Positions 1 to 9,549 of a stretch of DNA of 64,000 bases are shown here, one piece after another. The stretch is from the NCBI GenBank assembly GCA_964589175.1, contig CAZPRY010000001.1, positions 56,253 through 120,252 on the forward strand. Reading direction: 5' to 3'. Position numbers and translations under genes: made by a program. Under the pieces are notes generated by a model. The model did not search any database and was not told where the DNA came from. It saw nothing but the letters and a program-made list of their open reading frames with translations. Source of the DNA: an uncultured bacterium. Lineage in GTDB: Bacteria > Fidelibacterota > UBA2242. The first letter of the stretch is position 1; each line of letters opens with the position of its first letter.

Positions 1-2
1 TT

Positions 3-368
3 TTCAACAAAATCAAATATCCTTATAATGTCAACGGCGTTACCCAGAAAATGGCCCTCGAAGCGTTGGGGAGAGAGGATTCGAAAAATTCCATGGTTGC
101 TGTGATTCTGGAGGAGAGAGTCAAATTGGCTCGGCGGCTGGCGGAGTTGGCCATTGTGGAAAAAGTGTTTCCGTCGGAAGCCAATTTTCTGTTGGCGCGC
201 TTCCGGAACGGACGGCGGGTTTTTGATTATTTGAAAACAAAGGAATTGATCGTTCGCGACCGGTCGCGCGTGATGCATTGCGCCGGCTGTCTGCGCATTA
301 CGGTTGGTACGCCCTCCGAAAACGCTGAACTCATGCAAATGTTACACGCATATAAAGGTGACGAATGA
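3..368 (+). CDS. hisC: Histidinol-phosphate aminotransferase, C-terminal fragment (5' end outside window)
   Basis: Open frame runs from the window edge with no stop between 3 and 50. The C-terminal sequence ([19 protein letters not shown]) is typical of class-II aminotransferase HisC. It overlaps hisB by 4 nt in an operon arrangement. Confidence 0.7.
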   Translation, partial: FNKIKYPYNVNGVTQKMALEALGREDSKNSMVAVILEERVKLARRLAELAIVEKVFPSEANFLLARFRNGRRVFDYLKTKELIVRDRSRVMHCAGCLRITVGTPSENAELMQMLHAYKGDE

Positions 369-1456
369 AAAAGGCACTTTTTATTGACAGGGACGGGACG
401 ATCATCATCGAGCCACCCGACGAACAGATCGATTCGCTGGAAAAATTAGAGTTCTATCCCGGGGCAATCACCGGGCTGGCGCGCATCGCCGCAGAGTTGG
501 ATTTCGAACTGGTCATGGTCAGCAACCAGGATGGACTGGGCACGGCTTCGTTTCCGGAAGAAAAGTTCTGGCCGGCGCACAATAAAATGCTCCGAACGCT
601 GGAGAATGAAGGCATCGTGTTTGCGGATATCCTGATCGACCGCAGCTTTCCGACCGATAATGCCCCGACCCGCAAACCGCGTACGGGGATGCTGACGAAA
701 TATATTCAGGGTGATTACGACCTCTCAAATTCGTTTGTTATCGGCGACCGCGCCACGGATGTGGAGTTGGCCCGTAACCTGGGCTGCCGGGCCATTTATC
801 TCGGTCAAAACGAGCAGATTTTCGCCGACCTGCAAAGCGCGGACTGGCACACGATTTTTGCTTTTCTGGCGGCGCAAGGCCGAACGGCGCAGGTCCACCG
901 CAAGACCAATGAAACCGATATTTCCATGAAGCTCGCATTGGACGGCCAGGGCAACGCCGGAATTGATACAGGGATCGGTTTTCTCGATCACATGCTTGAG
1001 CTTTTCACGAAGCATTCCGGCTGCGACATTTCCCTGGTCGCACGCGGCGACCTTGATGTCGACGAGCATCACACAGTTGAAGACGTCGCGCTGGTGCTGG
1101 GCGAAGGGTTTCTGAAAGCGCTGGGCGACAAACGCGGCATCGAACGCTATGGCTTCCTGCTGCCGATGGATGAAGCCCTGGCGCAGGTCGCGATCGATTT
1201 TTCGGGGCGCAGCGAACTGGTCTGGGCGGCTGAATTTACGCGCGAGTACGTGGGCAAAATGCCGACTGAACTCTTCCGGCATTTCTTCAAATCGTTCGCC
1301 GATACGGCTAAATGCAATCTCAATATCAAAGCCGAAGGCCGGAACGAACATCACAAAATTGAGGCTATTTTTAAGGCCGTGGCGCGGGCCGTAGGGATGG
1401 CCGTGCGGCGCGATCCGAACAGCCGCCAGGTTCCGAGCACCAAGGGGACATTATGA
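365..1456 (+). CDS. hisB: Bifunctional histidinol-phosphatase / imidazoleglycerol-phosphate dehydratase
   Basis: 363 aa. The N-terminus has a HAD motif ([10 protein letters not shown], histidinol phosphatase). The C-terminal half carries IGPD motifs ([26 protein letters not shown]). It is translationally coupled to hisC and hisH. Confidence 0.9.
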   Translation: MKKALFIDRDGTIIIEPPDEQIDSLEKLEFYPGAITGLARIAAELDFELVMVSNQDGLGTASFPEEKFWPAHNKMLRTLENEGIVFADILIDRSFPTDNAPTRKPRTGMLTKYIQGDYDLSNSFVIGDRATDVELARNLGCRAIYLGQNEQIFADLQSADWHTIFAFLAAQGRTAQVHRKTNETDISMKLALDGQGNAGIDTGIGFLDHMLELFTKHSGCDISLVARGDLDVDEHHTVEDVALVLGEGFLKALGDKRGIERYGFLLPMDEALAQVAIDFSGRSELVWAAEFTREYVGKMPTELFRHFFKSFADTAKCNLNIKAEGRNEHHKIEAIFKAVARAVGMAVRRDPNSRQVPSTKGTL

Positions 1457-2034
1457 AAATTGCCGTGATTCAATACAATGCCGGCAATATCCATTCGGTG
1501 CGCATTGCGCTGCAGCGAATTGGGGTCGATCCGACCGTCACCGGCGATATAGAAGCCATTCGAAGTGCGGACAAAGTCATCTTTCCGGGCGTCGGCGAAG
1601 CTTCATCGGCGATGGCCTACATCCGGGCCAATGGCGTAGCGGATTTGCTGCCGACATTGCGGCAGCCGGTCCTGGGCATTTGCCTGGGCCTGCAGTTGAT
1701 GTGCAGTTATTCGGAAGAAAACGCTACGGGATGCCTTGGGATTTTCAATAACGCCGTGAAGAAATTCCCGCCGCAGGACAAGGTTCCCCACATGGGCTGG
1801 AACACCATTTCCGGTTTAAAAGGCGATCTTTTCAACGGCATCGAAACCGATGCGTACGTCTATTTTGTGCATAGCTATTACGCGGAAAAGAGCGTTGACA
1901 GCGCGGCGATTTCCGAATACATTCTGCCCTTTTCGGCTGCGCTGCAGAAGGACAATTTCTACGCCACGCAGTTTCATCCTGAAAAAAGCGGTTCGGTCGG
2001 AGAACGGATATTGAGGAATTTTTTAGCATTATGA
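1453..2034 (+). CDS. hisH: Imidazole glycerol phosphate synthase, glutamine amidotransferase subunit
   Basis: 193 aa. Class-I GATase with a catalytic Cys in GICLGLQLM and the C-terminal HPEKS motif. Sits in the his operon. Confidence 0.9.
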   Translation: MKIAVIQYNAGNIHSVRIALQRIGVDPTVTGDIEAIRSADKVIFPGVGEASSAMAYIRANGVADLLPTLRQPVLGICLGLQLMCSYSEENATGCLGIFNNAVKKFPPQDKVPHMGWNTISGLKGDLFNGIETDAYVYFVHSYYAEKSVDSAAISEYILPFSAALQKDNFYATQFHPEKSGSVGERILRNFLAL

Positions 2035-2753
2035 TAACGATCATACCGGCAATCGACATTATTGACGGAAAGAGCGTGCGGCTGAGTAAAGGCGATTTTG
2101 CCACGCAGAAAGTGTACTACGAAAATCCGCTGGATGTGGCCAAACTGTTTGAGGATGCCGGTGTGCGCCGGCTGCACCTGGTGGATCTGGATGGCGCCCG
2201 CAGCAAGCAGGTCGTGAACTGGAAAGTGCTTGAACGCATTGCCTCACAAACGAACCTGGTAATTGACTTCGGCGGCGGCGTGCAGTCGGACGATGATCTG
2301 CGCATCGTCTTTGAGGGCGGCGCTGCAATGGTGACGGCCGGCAGCATCGCAGTTAAAAATCCGGACAAGGTGCGGGCCTGGTTGCAACAATACGGCGGGG
2401 GAAAGATCATTTTGGGCGCTGATGTCCATGGCCGGCAAATCGCAATCCACGGCTGGCAGGAGGCCTCGGACGTCGATCTGTTTGATTTTCTTGAGAATTA
2501 CCGAAAGGCGGGCGCGCGGCAGGTGATCTGTACCGACGTGAGTAAAGACGGGATGCTGGCCGGGCCGGCGTTTGAATTGTACCGTGAAACTAAAGCGAAG
2601 CAGCCGGATTATTACCTGATTGCAAGCGGCGGCGTGAGCAAGATGGAAGACGTGGAGCGTCTGAACGACGACGGCATCGACGCCGTGATTATCGGCAAAG
2701 CAATCTACGAAGGCCGCATTCACCTGGCGGATTTGGAGGGATTCTTATGTTAG
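2031..2753 (+). CDS. hisA: ProFAR isomerase (HisA)
   Basis: 240 aa. N-terminus [15 protein letters not shown] and a C-terminal SGGV motif are typical of HisA. Overlaps hisH and hisF. Confidence 0.9.
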   Translation: MITIIPAIDIIDGKSVRLSKGDFATQKVYYENPLDVAKLFEDAGVRRLHLVDLDGARSKQVVNWKVLERIASQTNLVIDFGGGVQSDDDLRIVFEGGAAMVTAGSIAVKNPDKVRAWLQQYGGGKIILGADVHGRQIAIHGWQEASDVDLFDFLENYRKAGARQVICTDVSKDGMLAGPAFELYRETKAKQPDYYLIASGGVSKMEDVERLNDDGIDAVIIGKAIYEGRIHLADLEGFLC

Positions 2754-3502
2754 CAAAACGGATTGTACCTTGTCTGGATATAAAAGACGGGCAGACGGTC
2801 AAGGGTGTGAATTTTATTAACATCCGGCATGCCGGCGATCCCTTGGAATTGGGCGCGGCTTATGCCCGACAGGGCGCCGACGAACTGGTGTTCCTGGACA
2901 TCACGGCTTCGGTGGAAAAACGCCGGACCTTTGCCGAACTGGTGAAGCAGATTGCGCTGCATCTGAATATCCCGTTCACAGTCGGCGGCGGGATCCGCAA
3001 CGAGGACGACGTGGCGCGCCTGCTGGATGCCGGGGCCGACAAAATTTCGATCAATACATCCGCGGTCAATCATCCGCAAATGGTGGAGAAACTGGCGAAG
3101 CGCTTCGGCAGCCAGTGCGTTGTGGTGGCGATTGACACCCGGCATACGGAAACCGGGGACATCGTCTACATCCATGGCGGCCGCACGCCAACCGAGCGTA
3201 TCACACAGCAATGGGCGCGTGAAGTGGTTGAACGCGGCGCGGGGGAAATCCTGCTCACGTCCATGGATCATGACGGCACGAAGAACGGCTTTGCGCTGGA
3301 GATCACGCGCGAGCTATCGGAAATGTTGCCGATCCCGATTATCGCTTCGGGTGGCGCGGGAACGAGGGAGCATTTCGCGGAGGTGTTCCGGGAGGGCAAA
3401 GCCGATGCGGCTTTAGCGGCGAGCGTTTTCCATTTCGGTGAAATCCCGATCCCGGATTTGAAGCAATACTTGAAAAACGAAGGAATAGAGGTGCGGCTGT
3501 GA
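2747..3502 (+). CDS. hisF: Imidazole glycerol phosphate synthase, cyclase subunit
   Basis: 251 aa. N-terminus [12 protein letters not shown] and the motifs GADE and ASGGAG identify the HisF TIM barrel. Confidence 0.92.
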   Translation: MLAKRIVPCLDIKDGQTVKGVNFINIRHAGDPLELGAAYARQGADELVFLDITASVEKRRTFAELVKQIALHLNIPFTVGGGIRNEDDVARLLDAGADKISINTSAVNHPQMVEKLAKRFGSQCVVVAIDTRHTETGDIVYIHGGRTPTERITQQWAREVVERGAGEILLTSMDHDGTKNGFALEITRELSEMLPIPIIASGGAGTREHFAEVFREGKADAALAASVFHFGEIPIPDLKQYLKNEGIEVRL

Positions 3503-4092
3503 ATATCGATTTTGACAAAGGCGATGGGCTGGTCCCGGCGATTGTGCAGGATGCCGGGACGGGCAAGGTTCTGATGCTGGGCTATATGAACAAAGAGGCC
3601 CATGAAAAGACACGCAAAACACGTAATGTGACCTTCTTTAGCCGGTCGCGCCAGGAGCTGTGGACCAAGGGCGAAACCTCCGGTAATTATCTGCTTGTAA
3701 AGGAAATTCGGGTCGATTGCGACGGCGATACGCTGCTGATTAAAGCGGAACCCACCGGGCCGACCTGTCACACCGGCAGTGATACCTGTTTCGAAGAAAT
3801 CAATGCGGCCCCCAAGCCGTTTCTGTGGGAACTCGAAAGTGTCATCGCCGACCGGAAAGCCAATCCCACTCCGGAATCCTATACCTGTAAACTGTTCGAA
3901 AAGGGGACCAAAAAAATCGCCCAGAAAGTCGGCGAAGAGGCCACCGAAGTCGTAATCGATGCCGTGGCGAATGACATCCCACGCCTGCAGGAGGAGGTCG
4001 CCGATCTGCTCTATCACCTGCTGGTTTTACTGGCCGAAAAAAATATCTCGCTGGACGAGATTATGACGGTGCTGGAGAAGAGGCATAAATAA
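3499..4092 (+). CDS. hisI: Bifunctional phosphoribosyl-AMP cyclohydrolase / phosphoribosyl-ATP pyrophosphatase
   Basis: 197 aa. The HisI part shows LVPAIVQD...GYMNKEA...CDGD. The HisE part shows [10 protein letters not shown]...[11 protein letters not shown]. This is the last gene of the operon. Confidence 0.9.
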   Translation: MNIDFDKGDGLVPAIVQDAGTGKVLMLGYMNKEAHEKTRKTRNVTFFSRSRQELWTKGETSGNYLLVKEIRVDCDGDTLLIKAEPTGPTCHTGSDTCFEEINAAPKPFLWELESVIADRKANPTPESYTCKLFEKGTKKIAQKVGEEATEVVIDAVANDIPRLQEEVADLLYHLLVLLAEKNISLDEIMTVLEKRHK

Positions 4093-4212
4093 AAGCAAGA
4101 ATTCGCCAAGATCAATAGATTTAACGGTCTAAAGTCACGTTTTATAGTGAAAATGCTCTGGCTGATTGTAAAATATTATTGAGATCAGCAAAGAATAAAA
4201 AATACCCTCACT

Positions 4213-4839
4213 TCAGATATCTGCTAACCGACCATGAGAAACGTCGTTTCTTGCAACCTCTATTCTATCTCCAATGCTATTGATTTTTATCTTCTCTCTA
4301 TACGTTTTACTACCTATTGTTTTTAAATGATAAAAACATGTGGTGATAGGAGAAGGAAATAGAATATTATCAATCTCTCGAAATATTCTACCAATATCGT
4401 TATGGGGATCGGCGGCGATAATTTTATACGGTATTGAAAGATTATTGATCTTATTTTTCAACTTTTTTTCATTGAGCAATACAGATGAATGGGTTTTTGC
4501 GTTTTCGCTAATCCAGGAACCATCTGATTTCAGTTTCCCTGATAAAATTCTGAAGAAATATTCGAATCTGGTTAATAGGAAAACGGATGAAATAACTGAT
4601 TGTGATTCAAGAAAATCGCTCTTAGATATTTCCCTTATTGCATATGCTACGTGCTCTTTATATCTATCGGGAAAAATCGAATTTGGTTCTGTTAAATCCA
4701 TATCAAGTGCAACTTGTTCAATGAAGAATTTAACTTCATTGGAACCATTAAACTGACCTATTGAAAGACAATTATTAATGATAAAATCTACTGCCTTTTC
4801 TGTGTTAGTAGATTCTATTGTGTTGTTTCTATTTATCAT
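4213..4839 (-). CDS. Hypothetical protein, HEPN-like (R-x4-H-x-x-R motif at C-terminus); possible Abi/RNase-type effector
   Basis: 208-aa ORF in a markedly AT-rich segment unlike the flanks. The C-terminus reads ARNDVSHGRL, matching the HEPN Rx4-6H signature seen in Abi2/AbiD-F-like and other HEPN RNases. It lies 52 bp downstream of the AAA ATPase on the same strand. There is no signal peptide. Confidence 0.5.
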   Translation of the reverse strand: MINRNNTIESTNTEKAVDFIINNCLSIGQFNGSNEVKFFIEQVALDMDLTEPNSIFPDRYKEHVAYAIREISKSDFLESQSVISSVFLLTRFEYFFRILSGKLKSDGSWISENAKTHSSVLLNEKKLKNKINNLSIPYKIIAADPHNDIGRIFREIDNILFPSPITTCFYHLKTIGSKTYREKIKINSIGDRIEVARNDVSHGRLADI

Positions 4840-4891
4840 ATCTTAAAGAATTCTTGTAGAAAATAATCCTTCATAAATCGGATATCGCCAA

Positions 4892-6016
4892 TTACACAAT
4901 AAAATCATAAAAATGATCTTTAGTAACAATCGCCGTTTCGCTCCCCGGATAGGCGTTCAAAAACGTTTTAGGGATGCGAGTGTTGCGGGTCGGATTCCAC
5001 TTAAATTCAAAAGCGTGTAGTATGCCGTCGTATTCTTCGATGTAATCGATTTCCTGCTGAGCGTGAGTTCGCCAGAAATATTGGTTTACCCAGCGGTTGT
5101 TATAGTGATTGGCTTTGATGCGTTCCGAAATGAGAAAATTCTTCCAGAGTGCTCCAACATCCTGGCGTAGCGCAATCGGGCTGAAATTCTTGATGACGGC
5201 ATTCCGGATGCCGTTGTCGCAGAAATAGATTTTGCGGCTCTTTTTCAGTTCGTTTCTGAGATTCCGGCTCAGGGCCGAGAGTCGAAAAACGATAAAGGCC
5301 TTCTCCAGCAGATCGACATACTTTTCGACCGTTTCGTTATCGGCGCCGATCAACTGCCCCACTTCGCGGTAGGAAACCTCCTGGCCGATTTGCAGGGCCA
5401 GGGCCTGGACCAGTTTTTCCAGAATCACAGGTTTCTTCACCTTCTCCAAGGAGAAAATGTCCTTATACAGGTAACTGCTCGCTAGTAACTGAAGGATCTG
5501 TTTTTCGTCGCCGGCATGGGTCACCACCTCCGGGTAATAACCGTAAATCAGCCGGTGTTCCAGCAGACGCCTTTCCTCCAGCGGACTTGTATAATTTGCC
5601 ATTTCCCCATAGGATAGCGGAAACAGGAAGTATTCGAATTTCCGGCCTGTCAATGGTTCGCGGATTTGATTTGCCAATTCCAGTGACGATGAACCGGTCG
5701 CAATGACCTGCACGTCGGGTAGGTTGTCAACGATAAGTTTCAGTGTTATACCAATGTTGGCAATCCGCTGGGCTTCATCGATAATCAGCAGTTGATTCTT
5801 GCCGATTAGGGTTTTCAGTTGAGTGCTGGTAGTGTTGGATAAAAGACCGCGTACGTCTACTTCATCGCCGTTTAAATAGAGTGTGGGAACTTCAGTCTTT
5901 TGCACGATTCGGTTGACCAGGGTGGTTTTTCCTACCTGCCTTGCGCCCAATATCAGGATTGCTTTGCCCTTAAAAATCTGTTCGGAAATTTTTGATTCGA
6001 GAATACGTGAGATCAT
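4892..6016 (-). CDS. AAA+ ATPase of the DUF4143 family (COG1373) with C-terminal PD-(D/E)xK-like motif
   Basis: Walker A (GARQVGKTTL) and Walker B (LLIIDEAQ) are present. The C-terminal region has D...E-x-K (EIDYIEEYDGILHAFEFK), typical of the nuclease-like DUF4143 domain. The ORF track starts at a TTG at 6043; the ATG at 6016 (MISRILESK...) fits family N-termini better. GC content is intermediate between the AT-rich neighbour and the host genes. Confidence 0.8.
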   Translation of the reverse strand: MISRILESKISEQIFKGKAILILGARQVGKTTLVNRIVQKTEVPTLYLNGDEVDVRGLLSNTTSTQLKTLIGKNQLLIIDEAQRIANIGITLKLIVDNLPDVQVIATGSSSLELANQIREPLTGRKFEYFLFPLSYGEMANYTSPLEERRLLEHRLIYGYYPEVVTHAGDEKQILQLLASSYLYKDIFSLEKVKKPVILEKLVQALALQIGQEVSYREVGQLIGADNETVEKYVDLLEKAFIVFRLSALSRNLRNELKKSRKIYFCDNGIRNAVIKNFSPIALRQDVGALWKNFLISERIKANHYNNRWVNQYFWRTHAQQEIDYIEEYDGILHAFEFKWNPTRNTRIPKTFLNAYPGSETAIVTKDHFYDFIV

Positions 6017-6032
6017 GCGAAAATATAAACAT

Positions 6033-6081
6033 TTGCGATTCAAATCGCAATATTTATATGAATTTTGCGATTACGATCGCA
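6033..6081. promoter_or_regulatory. Two palindromic operator-like sites sharing a TTTGCGATT half-site, immediately upstream of the DUF4143 ATPase gene
   Basis: Site 1 at 6033-6050 is TTGCGATT-CA-AATCGCAA, with 8-bp perfect inverted arms. Site 2 at 6066-6081 is TGCGAT-TACG-ATCGCA. Both lie 17-65 bp upstream of the ATG at 6016 on the minus strand, within an AT-rich promoter-like stretch. Confidence 0.3.
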
Positions 6082-6150
6082 GAATTCATGTTTTTGAATC
6101 ATTTGCCACACTTAGACCTGGTTAATACCGGGACGTAGCTTGAATCGGAT

Positions 6151-6294
6151 TTATTTCGATTTGCGTTTCTTCGGCTTGCGTTCGCAGTAGGGTAGTCCGC
6201 CCTTGGCGTAGTGGTGTGCGCGGCAGGCCTCGCAATATCCGTAGCGGTTGCATTTCTTTTTACGGCAGGGACAATTTTCGATTCGCGGTTCCAT
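6151..6294 (-). CDS. Small Cys/His-rich protein (47 aa), putative zinc-ribbon / metal-binding
   Basis: Not in the ORF track because it is under 60 aa. The reverse-complement translates cleanly to MEPRIENCPCRKKKCNRYGYCEACRAHHYAKGGLPYCERKPKKRKSK*. It has 7 Cys in CPC...C...C..C and HH, with a basic tail. It sits 176 bp downstream of slyD on the same strand. Confidence 0.45.
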   Translation of the reverse strand: MEPRIENCPCRKKKCNRYGYCEACRAHHYAKGGLPYCERKPKKRKSK

Positions 6295-6470
6295 AGTTGA
6301 TCTTCCCCGGAAACATGTTCGGAGCAATTTTTCCTGGATTAAAACTTAATTGCCTTGCGGAGCGATTCAAAATCTGTTGAAATCGAAGAAATCGATAAAT
6401 CCGAAAGCAATGCGCGACTGGCGGGGTATTCCGGTTGCAGCAATCGGAGGAATAATCTCCGGCGGTATCT

Positions 6471-6935
6471 CTAATGAGCGTGGCCGTGATCCAGCTCTTC
6501 AGGTTCGGCCAGGCGGATGTCCACGATTTCGGTTTCGAAGTGCAGAACTTCGCCGGCCAGCGGATGGTTTAGGTCAAGCACGACCTCTGTATCGGTGTAT
6601 GATTTTACCACGACCTCAAACTGCCGTCCATCGTCATTTTGCCCGGTCAGTACCAATCCCTTTTTTACCTCGACATCAGGCGGCATCTCGTCACGGGCGA
6701 TTACCTGATACAACTGCTCGTTCACCGATCCGTAGCCGTCCTCAGGCTGGATCGTTACGGATTTTTTGTCGCCGATTTTCATATCGATCAACTCGTTTTC
6801 GAGGCCCGGTATAATCTGTGAATGCCCGCAGAGGAAGCTGAGCGGTTCGCTGCCTTCGGATGAATCGATAATCTCACCCGAATCGAGGGTGAGCGTATAA
6901 TGCATGGATACGACTGCGTCCTTTTTTATCTGCAT
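6471..6935 (-). CDS. slyD: FKBP-type peptidyl-prolyl cis-trans isomerase SlyD-like with His-rich metal-binding tail
   Basis: FKBP domain (MHYTLTLDSGEIIDSS...PLSFLCG) with an IF-insert region and a C-terminal ELDHGHAH tail. Start chosen at MQIKKD (aa 10 of the track ORF), by analogy with SlyD N-termini. Confidence 0.8.
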   Translation of the reverse strand: MQIKKDAVVSMHYTLTLDSGEIIDSSEGSEPLSFLCGHSQIIPGLENELIDMKIGDKKSVTIQPEDGYGSVNEQLYQVIARDEMPPDVEVKKGLVLTGQNDDGRQFEVVVKSYTDTEVVLDLNHPLAGEVLHFETEIVDIRLAEPEELDHGHAH

Positions 6936-7254
6936 AATAACTCCTTCGTTTGAGCCAAACATGATCGTGACTACAGAGGGAGTCCATGCAGAAAGTCAAC
7001 ACATTCGGCGGTATTGGTAAGCTAATAAAGTCCTTTCATCAAAAATCAGGGCTGGAATATAATGAAAAAAATGTATTTAGCGAATGATTTATTCTTGAGA
7101 CGCGCAGGCTGGACCCGCTCGATGTCAGATTTAAATTTCGGTAAATAATAAAAACGTTTTATCATGTTTACGACGTAATATTGCATAGGGGCCGTTTGGC
7201 GCCAGGGTTTTATAAACGATGTTTTGTTGAGCTGATTAGATCGATATAAAAAGC

Positions 7255-7268
7255 ATCTATTAATAGAT
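7255..7268. promoter_or_regulatory. Perfect 14-bp palindrome ATCTATTAATAGAT in the AT-rich leader upstream of the first LacI gene
   Basis: Seen directly in the sequence. It lies ~118 bp upstream of the start at 7386. A TTGACA-N17-TAGATT sigma70-like pair is at ~7329-7357. It could be an operator for one of the LacI regulators. Confidence 0.25.
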
Positions 7269-7385
7269 ATGTATAAACGGGTGAATTGGGAGAGGCGATT
7301 ATTTTATAATGGTAGCGACAAAAAGGCTTGACAAATATATTTTAATAAAATAGATTAAAACGTTTCGATTATTGGGGAAGGATTT

Positions 7386-8426
7386 ATGGCGACAACCATT
7401 AAAGACATTGCGGAAAAAGCCGGTGTTTCCATCTCGACGGTTTCCTTGATTTTAAACAATAAGGGTCGGGTCGCTCATTCTACCCGGCAGCAGGTTGAGA
7501 CAATTATCCGGGACTTAAACTACCGGCCGCTGCATTCGGCGCGCAAACTGGCAACCCAGATGACCGGAAATGTCGGATACATCATCTGGGAAGAATATTT
7601 TTCCGAAGTGGAAATGTTCTATAGCCAGGTTTTTCTCGGGATGGAATGTGCCGCCCGTGTGAACGATTACTATATACTGTTGACGACGGTCAAGGAGAAG
7701 TTCAATCCGAAAACAGATTTGCCAAGGTTCCTTAAGTATAATGACGTTGACGGAGTCGTTCTGGTGGGCCGGGTGCCGATGACATTGATCGAATACCTGG
7801 ATCATCAGAAGATACCCTTCGTGCTGATCGACTATGAGGTGCCTGGCAAAAATTATAATTATATCAAGATCGACAACTACAACGGGGCTTTTCGGGCAGT
7901 CGAAAACCTTGTTCTGTCAGGCCGGAAAAATATCGCTTTTGTGGGGGGATCCTATTTTCACCCCTCCATAAAAGAGAGATACCGGGGCTACCGCGAGGCC
8001 CTTGAGATTCACAATTTCGAGATATCCAGGATTGAAAAGTACAGTTATCGTAAAAATATAGAGACATCCCGATCCGTCGGGGAGGCCGGTGCGGCCTATC
8101 TTTTGGAAGCCTATCCCGAAATCGACGCCATCTTCGCCTGCACGGATCACACGGCGCTGGGCGTCATCGAAGGTATCCAGAAGTTGAATCGCAAAATCCC
8201 GGATGAAATAGCGATAATCGGGTTTGATGATATATCGCTTGCGATGTACAACAAACCGAAATTATCCACCCTCAGTGTTCCTAAAATGGAAATCGGGAAA
8301 GCGGCCTTCAAATTGCTGAATGAATTGATCAATAATCCCGGGATGGCCCCCCAAACGAGGGTCTTATCCGTCGATCTGATAATTCGGGAAAGCAGTCTGT
8401 CGAATGGTGATGGTAATCGACCTTGA
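7386..8426 (+). CDS. LacI-family transcriptional regulator
   Basis: N-terminal HTH (TIKDIAEKAGVSISTVSLILNN) followed by a periplasmic-binding-protein-like sugar-binding fold. 346 aa. Confidence 0.85.
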   Translation: MATTIKDIAEKAGVSISTVSLILNNKGRVAHSTRQQVETIIRDLNYRPLHSARKLATQMTGNVGYIIWEEYFSEVEMFYSQVFLGMECAARVNDYYILLTTVKEKFNPKTDLPRFLKYNDVDGVVLVGRVPMTLIEYLDHQKIPFVLIDYEVPGKNYNYIKIDNYNGAFRAVENLVLSGRKNIAFVGGSYFHPSIKERYRGYREALEIHNFEISRIEKYSYRKNIETSRSVGEAGAAYLLEAYPEIDAIFACTDHTALGVIEGIQKLNRKIPDEIAIIGFDDISLAMYNKPKLSTLSVPKMEIGKAAFKLLNELINNPGMAPQTRVLSVDLIIRESSLSNGDGNRP

Positions 8427-8471
8427 ATTGGAAGTCTGTTGTGAATATTCATGGTTTTATGGAGTTCTCAA

Positions 8472-9488
8472 ATGATTACAATTAAAGATATAGCCCAAGC
8501 CGCCGAATGTTCCCTGTCGACCGTATCGAAAGCGATCAATGGCAGAGATGATATCAGCGCCTCGACGCGCGCGCGGATCCTCAAAATCGTTGAAGAATTG
8601 GATTACACTCCCAACGCATTCGGCAAAGGATTGAAAAATAAAAAAACCGAAAATATTGGCGTGATTTTTTCCCGGGAAAGCAGACCTCTGTCATTGAATC
8701 CGTTCTACTCCCGGGTGCTGGAGGGAATAGAAGCCGAATTGGCAATCAACGACTATAATCTGGTCTTGCACATGTTACCTGAAAAATATGACGGCGAGTA
8801 TCCGAAAATGCTTAAAGAGCATAACGTAGACGGCATCATCCTGTTCAGTGCTCTGCATGATCGACTGATCCAGCAGCTGTCGGATGACATGATTCCGATG
8901 GTGCATGTGGATCCCGGTGTGAATTCGGACAGGTGCAGCCAGGTGATCATTGATAATGAACGCGGCGCTTTTCTGGCAACCCAGTATTTGATCCATAATG
9001 GACATAAGAAAATCGCCTTTATATCCCCTGATATTGATCGCGAGAGCTTTCGTCTGCGATATCTCGGATTTCGACGCGCCATGGATCATTATCGTCTGAA
9101 AATGGATGAACGCTACATACGGATAGGCGGGCTGGAACAGGGGTATGAGCAGGTCAGGGATCTGGTGCAATTAAAGAAACGCCCAACAGCCATTTTTATC
9201 ACCAATGATCTCAACGTCATGTACGCCTATCAGGCGATTAAGGACTGTAATCTGACGCTTCCCGATGATATCAGCATCATCGGATTCGATGATATTTCGT
9301 GGGCGAAAAGCGCCACGCCGTCTTTGACCACCATCCGGGTTTATAAGGAGGAGATGGGATCCATCGCCGTCCGGATGCTATTGAGAATTATTAATAACGA
9401 ATTGAATTCTCCGGTGACGACTATGATTCCGGTGAGACTGGTCGAACGAAAATCGGTTAAAAATCTCTCCCAACCGGATGGAACATAG
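8472..9488 (+). CDS. LacI-family transcriptional regulator (second, tandem)
   Basis: HTH motif ITIKDIAQAAECSLSTVSKAING, with a GGAG RBS 8 nt upstream of the ATG at 8472. It is a paralog of the upstream gene. The track ORF starts 21 nt earlier. Confidence 0.85.
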   Translation: MITIKDIAQAAECSLSTVSKAINGRDDISASTRARILKIVEELDYTPNAFGKGLKNKKTENIGVIFSRESRPLSLNPFYSRVLEGIEAELAINDYNLVLHMLPEKYDGEYPKMLKEHNVDGIILFSALHDRLIQQLSDDMIPMVHVDPGVNSDRCSQVIIDNERGAFLATQYLIHNGHKKIAFISPDIDRESFRLRYLGFRRAMDHYRLKMDERYIRIGGLEQGYEQVRDLVQLKKRPTAIFITNDLNVMYAYQAIKDCNLTLPDDISIIGFDDISWAKSATPSLTTIRVYKEEMGSIAVRMLLRIINNELNSPVTTMIPVRLVERKSVKNLSQPDGT

Positions 9489-9549
9489 TGAACATCAGAT
9501 ATCAAAATACACGATAAGATGAACAATATCACACGAGAGGAGGACTGAA

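Noticed and set aside
725-1354. 209-aa minus-strand ORF inside hisB
   Set aside because: It is entirely antisense to a well-supported hisB reading frame in GC-rich DNA, where long spurious ORFs are common. It has no motifs.
3268-4017. 249-aa minus-strand ORF spanning the hisF/hisIE junction
   Set aside because: It is antisense to two strongly supported his genes and is low-complexity and Pro/Gly-rich.
4340-4756. 138-aa plus-strand ORF antisense to the HEPN-like gene
   Set aside because: It overlaps the longer minus-strand ORF, which has the recognisable C-terminal motif and a proper operon context. The plus-strand ORF has no start context.
6016-6043. TTG start at 6043 for the DUF4143 ATPase as given in the ORF track
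   Set aside because: The ATG at 6016 gives an N-terminus closer to family norm. The extra 9 residues would also overlap the palindromic operator. It is kept as a possibility only.
6350-6814. 154-aa plus-strand ORF over slyD
   Set aside because: It is antisense to the clear FKBP/SlyD frame and has an Arg/Pro-rich composition typical of GC-rich antisense frames.
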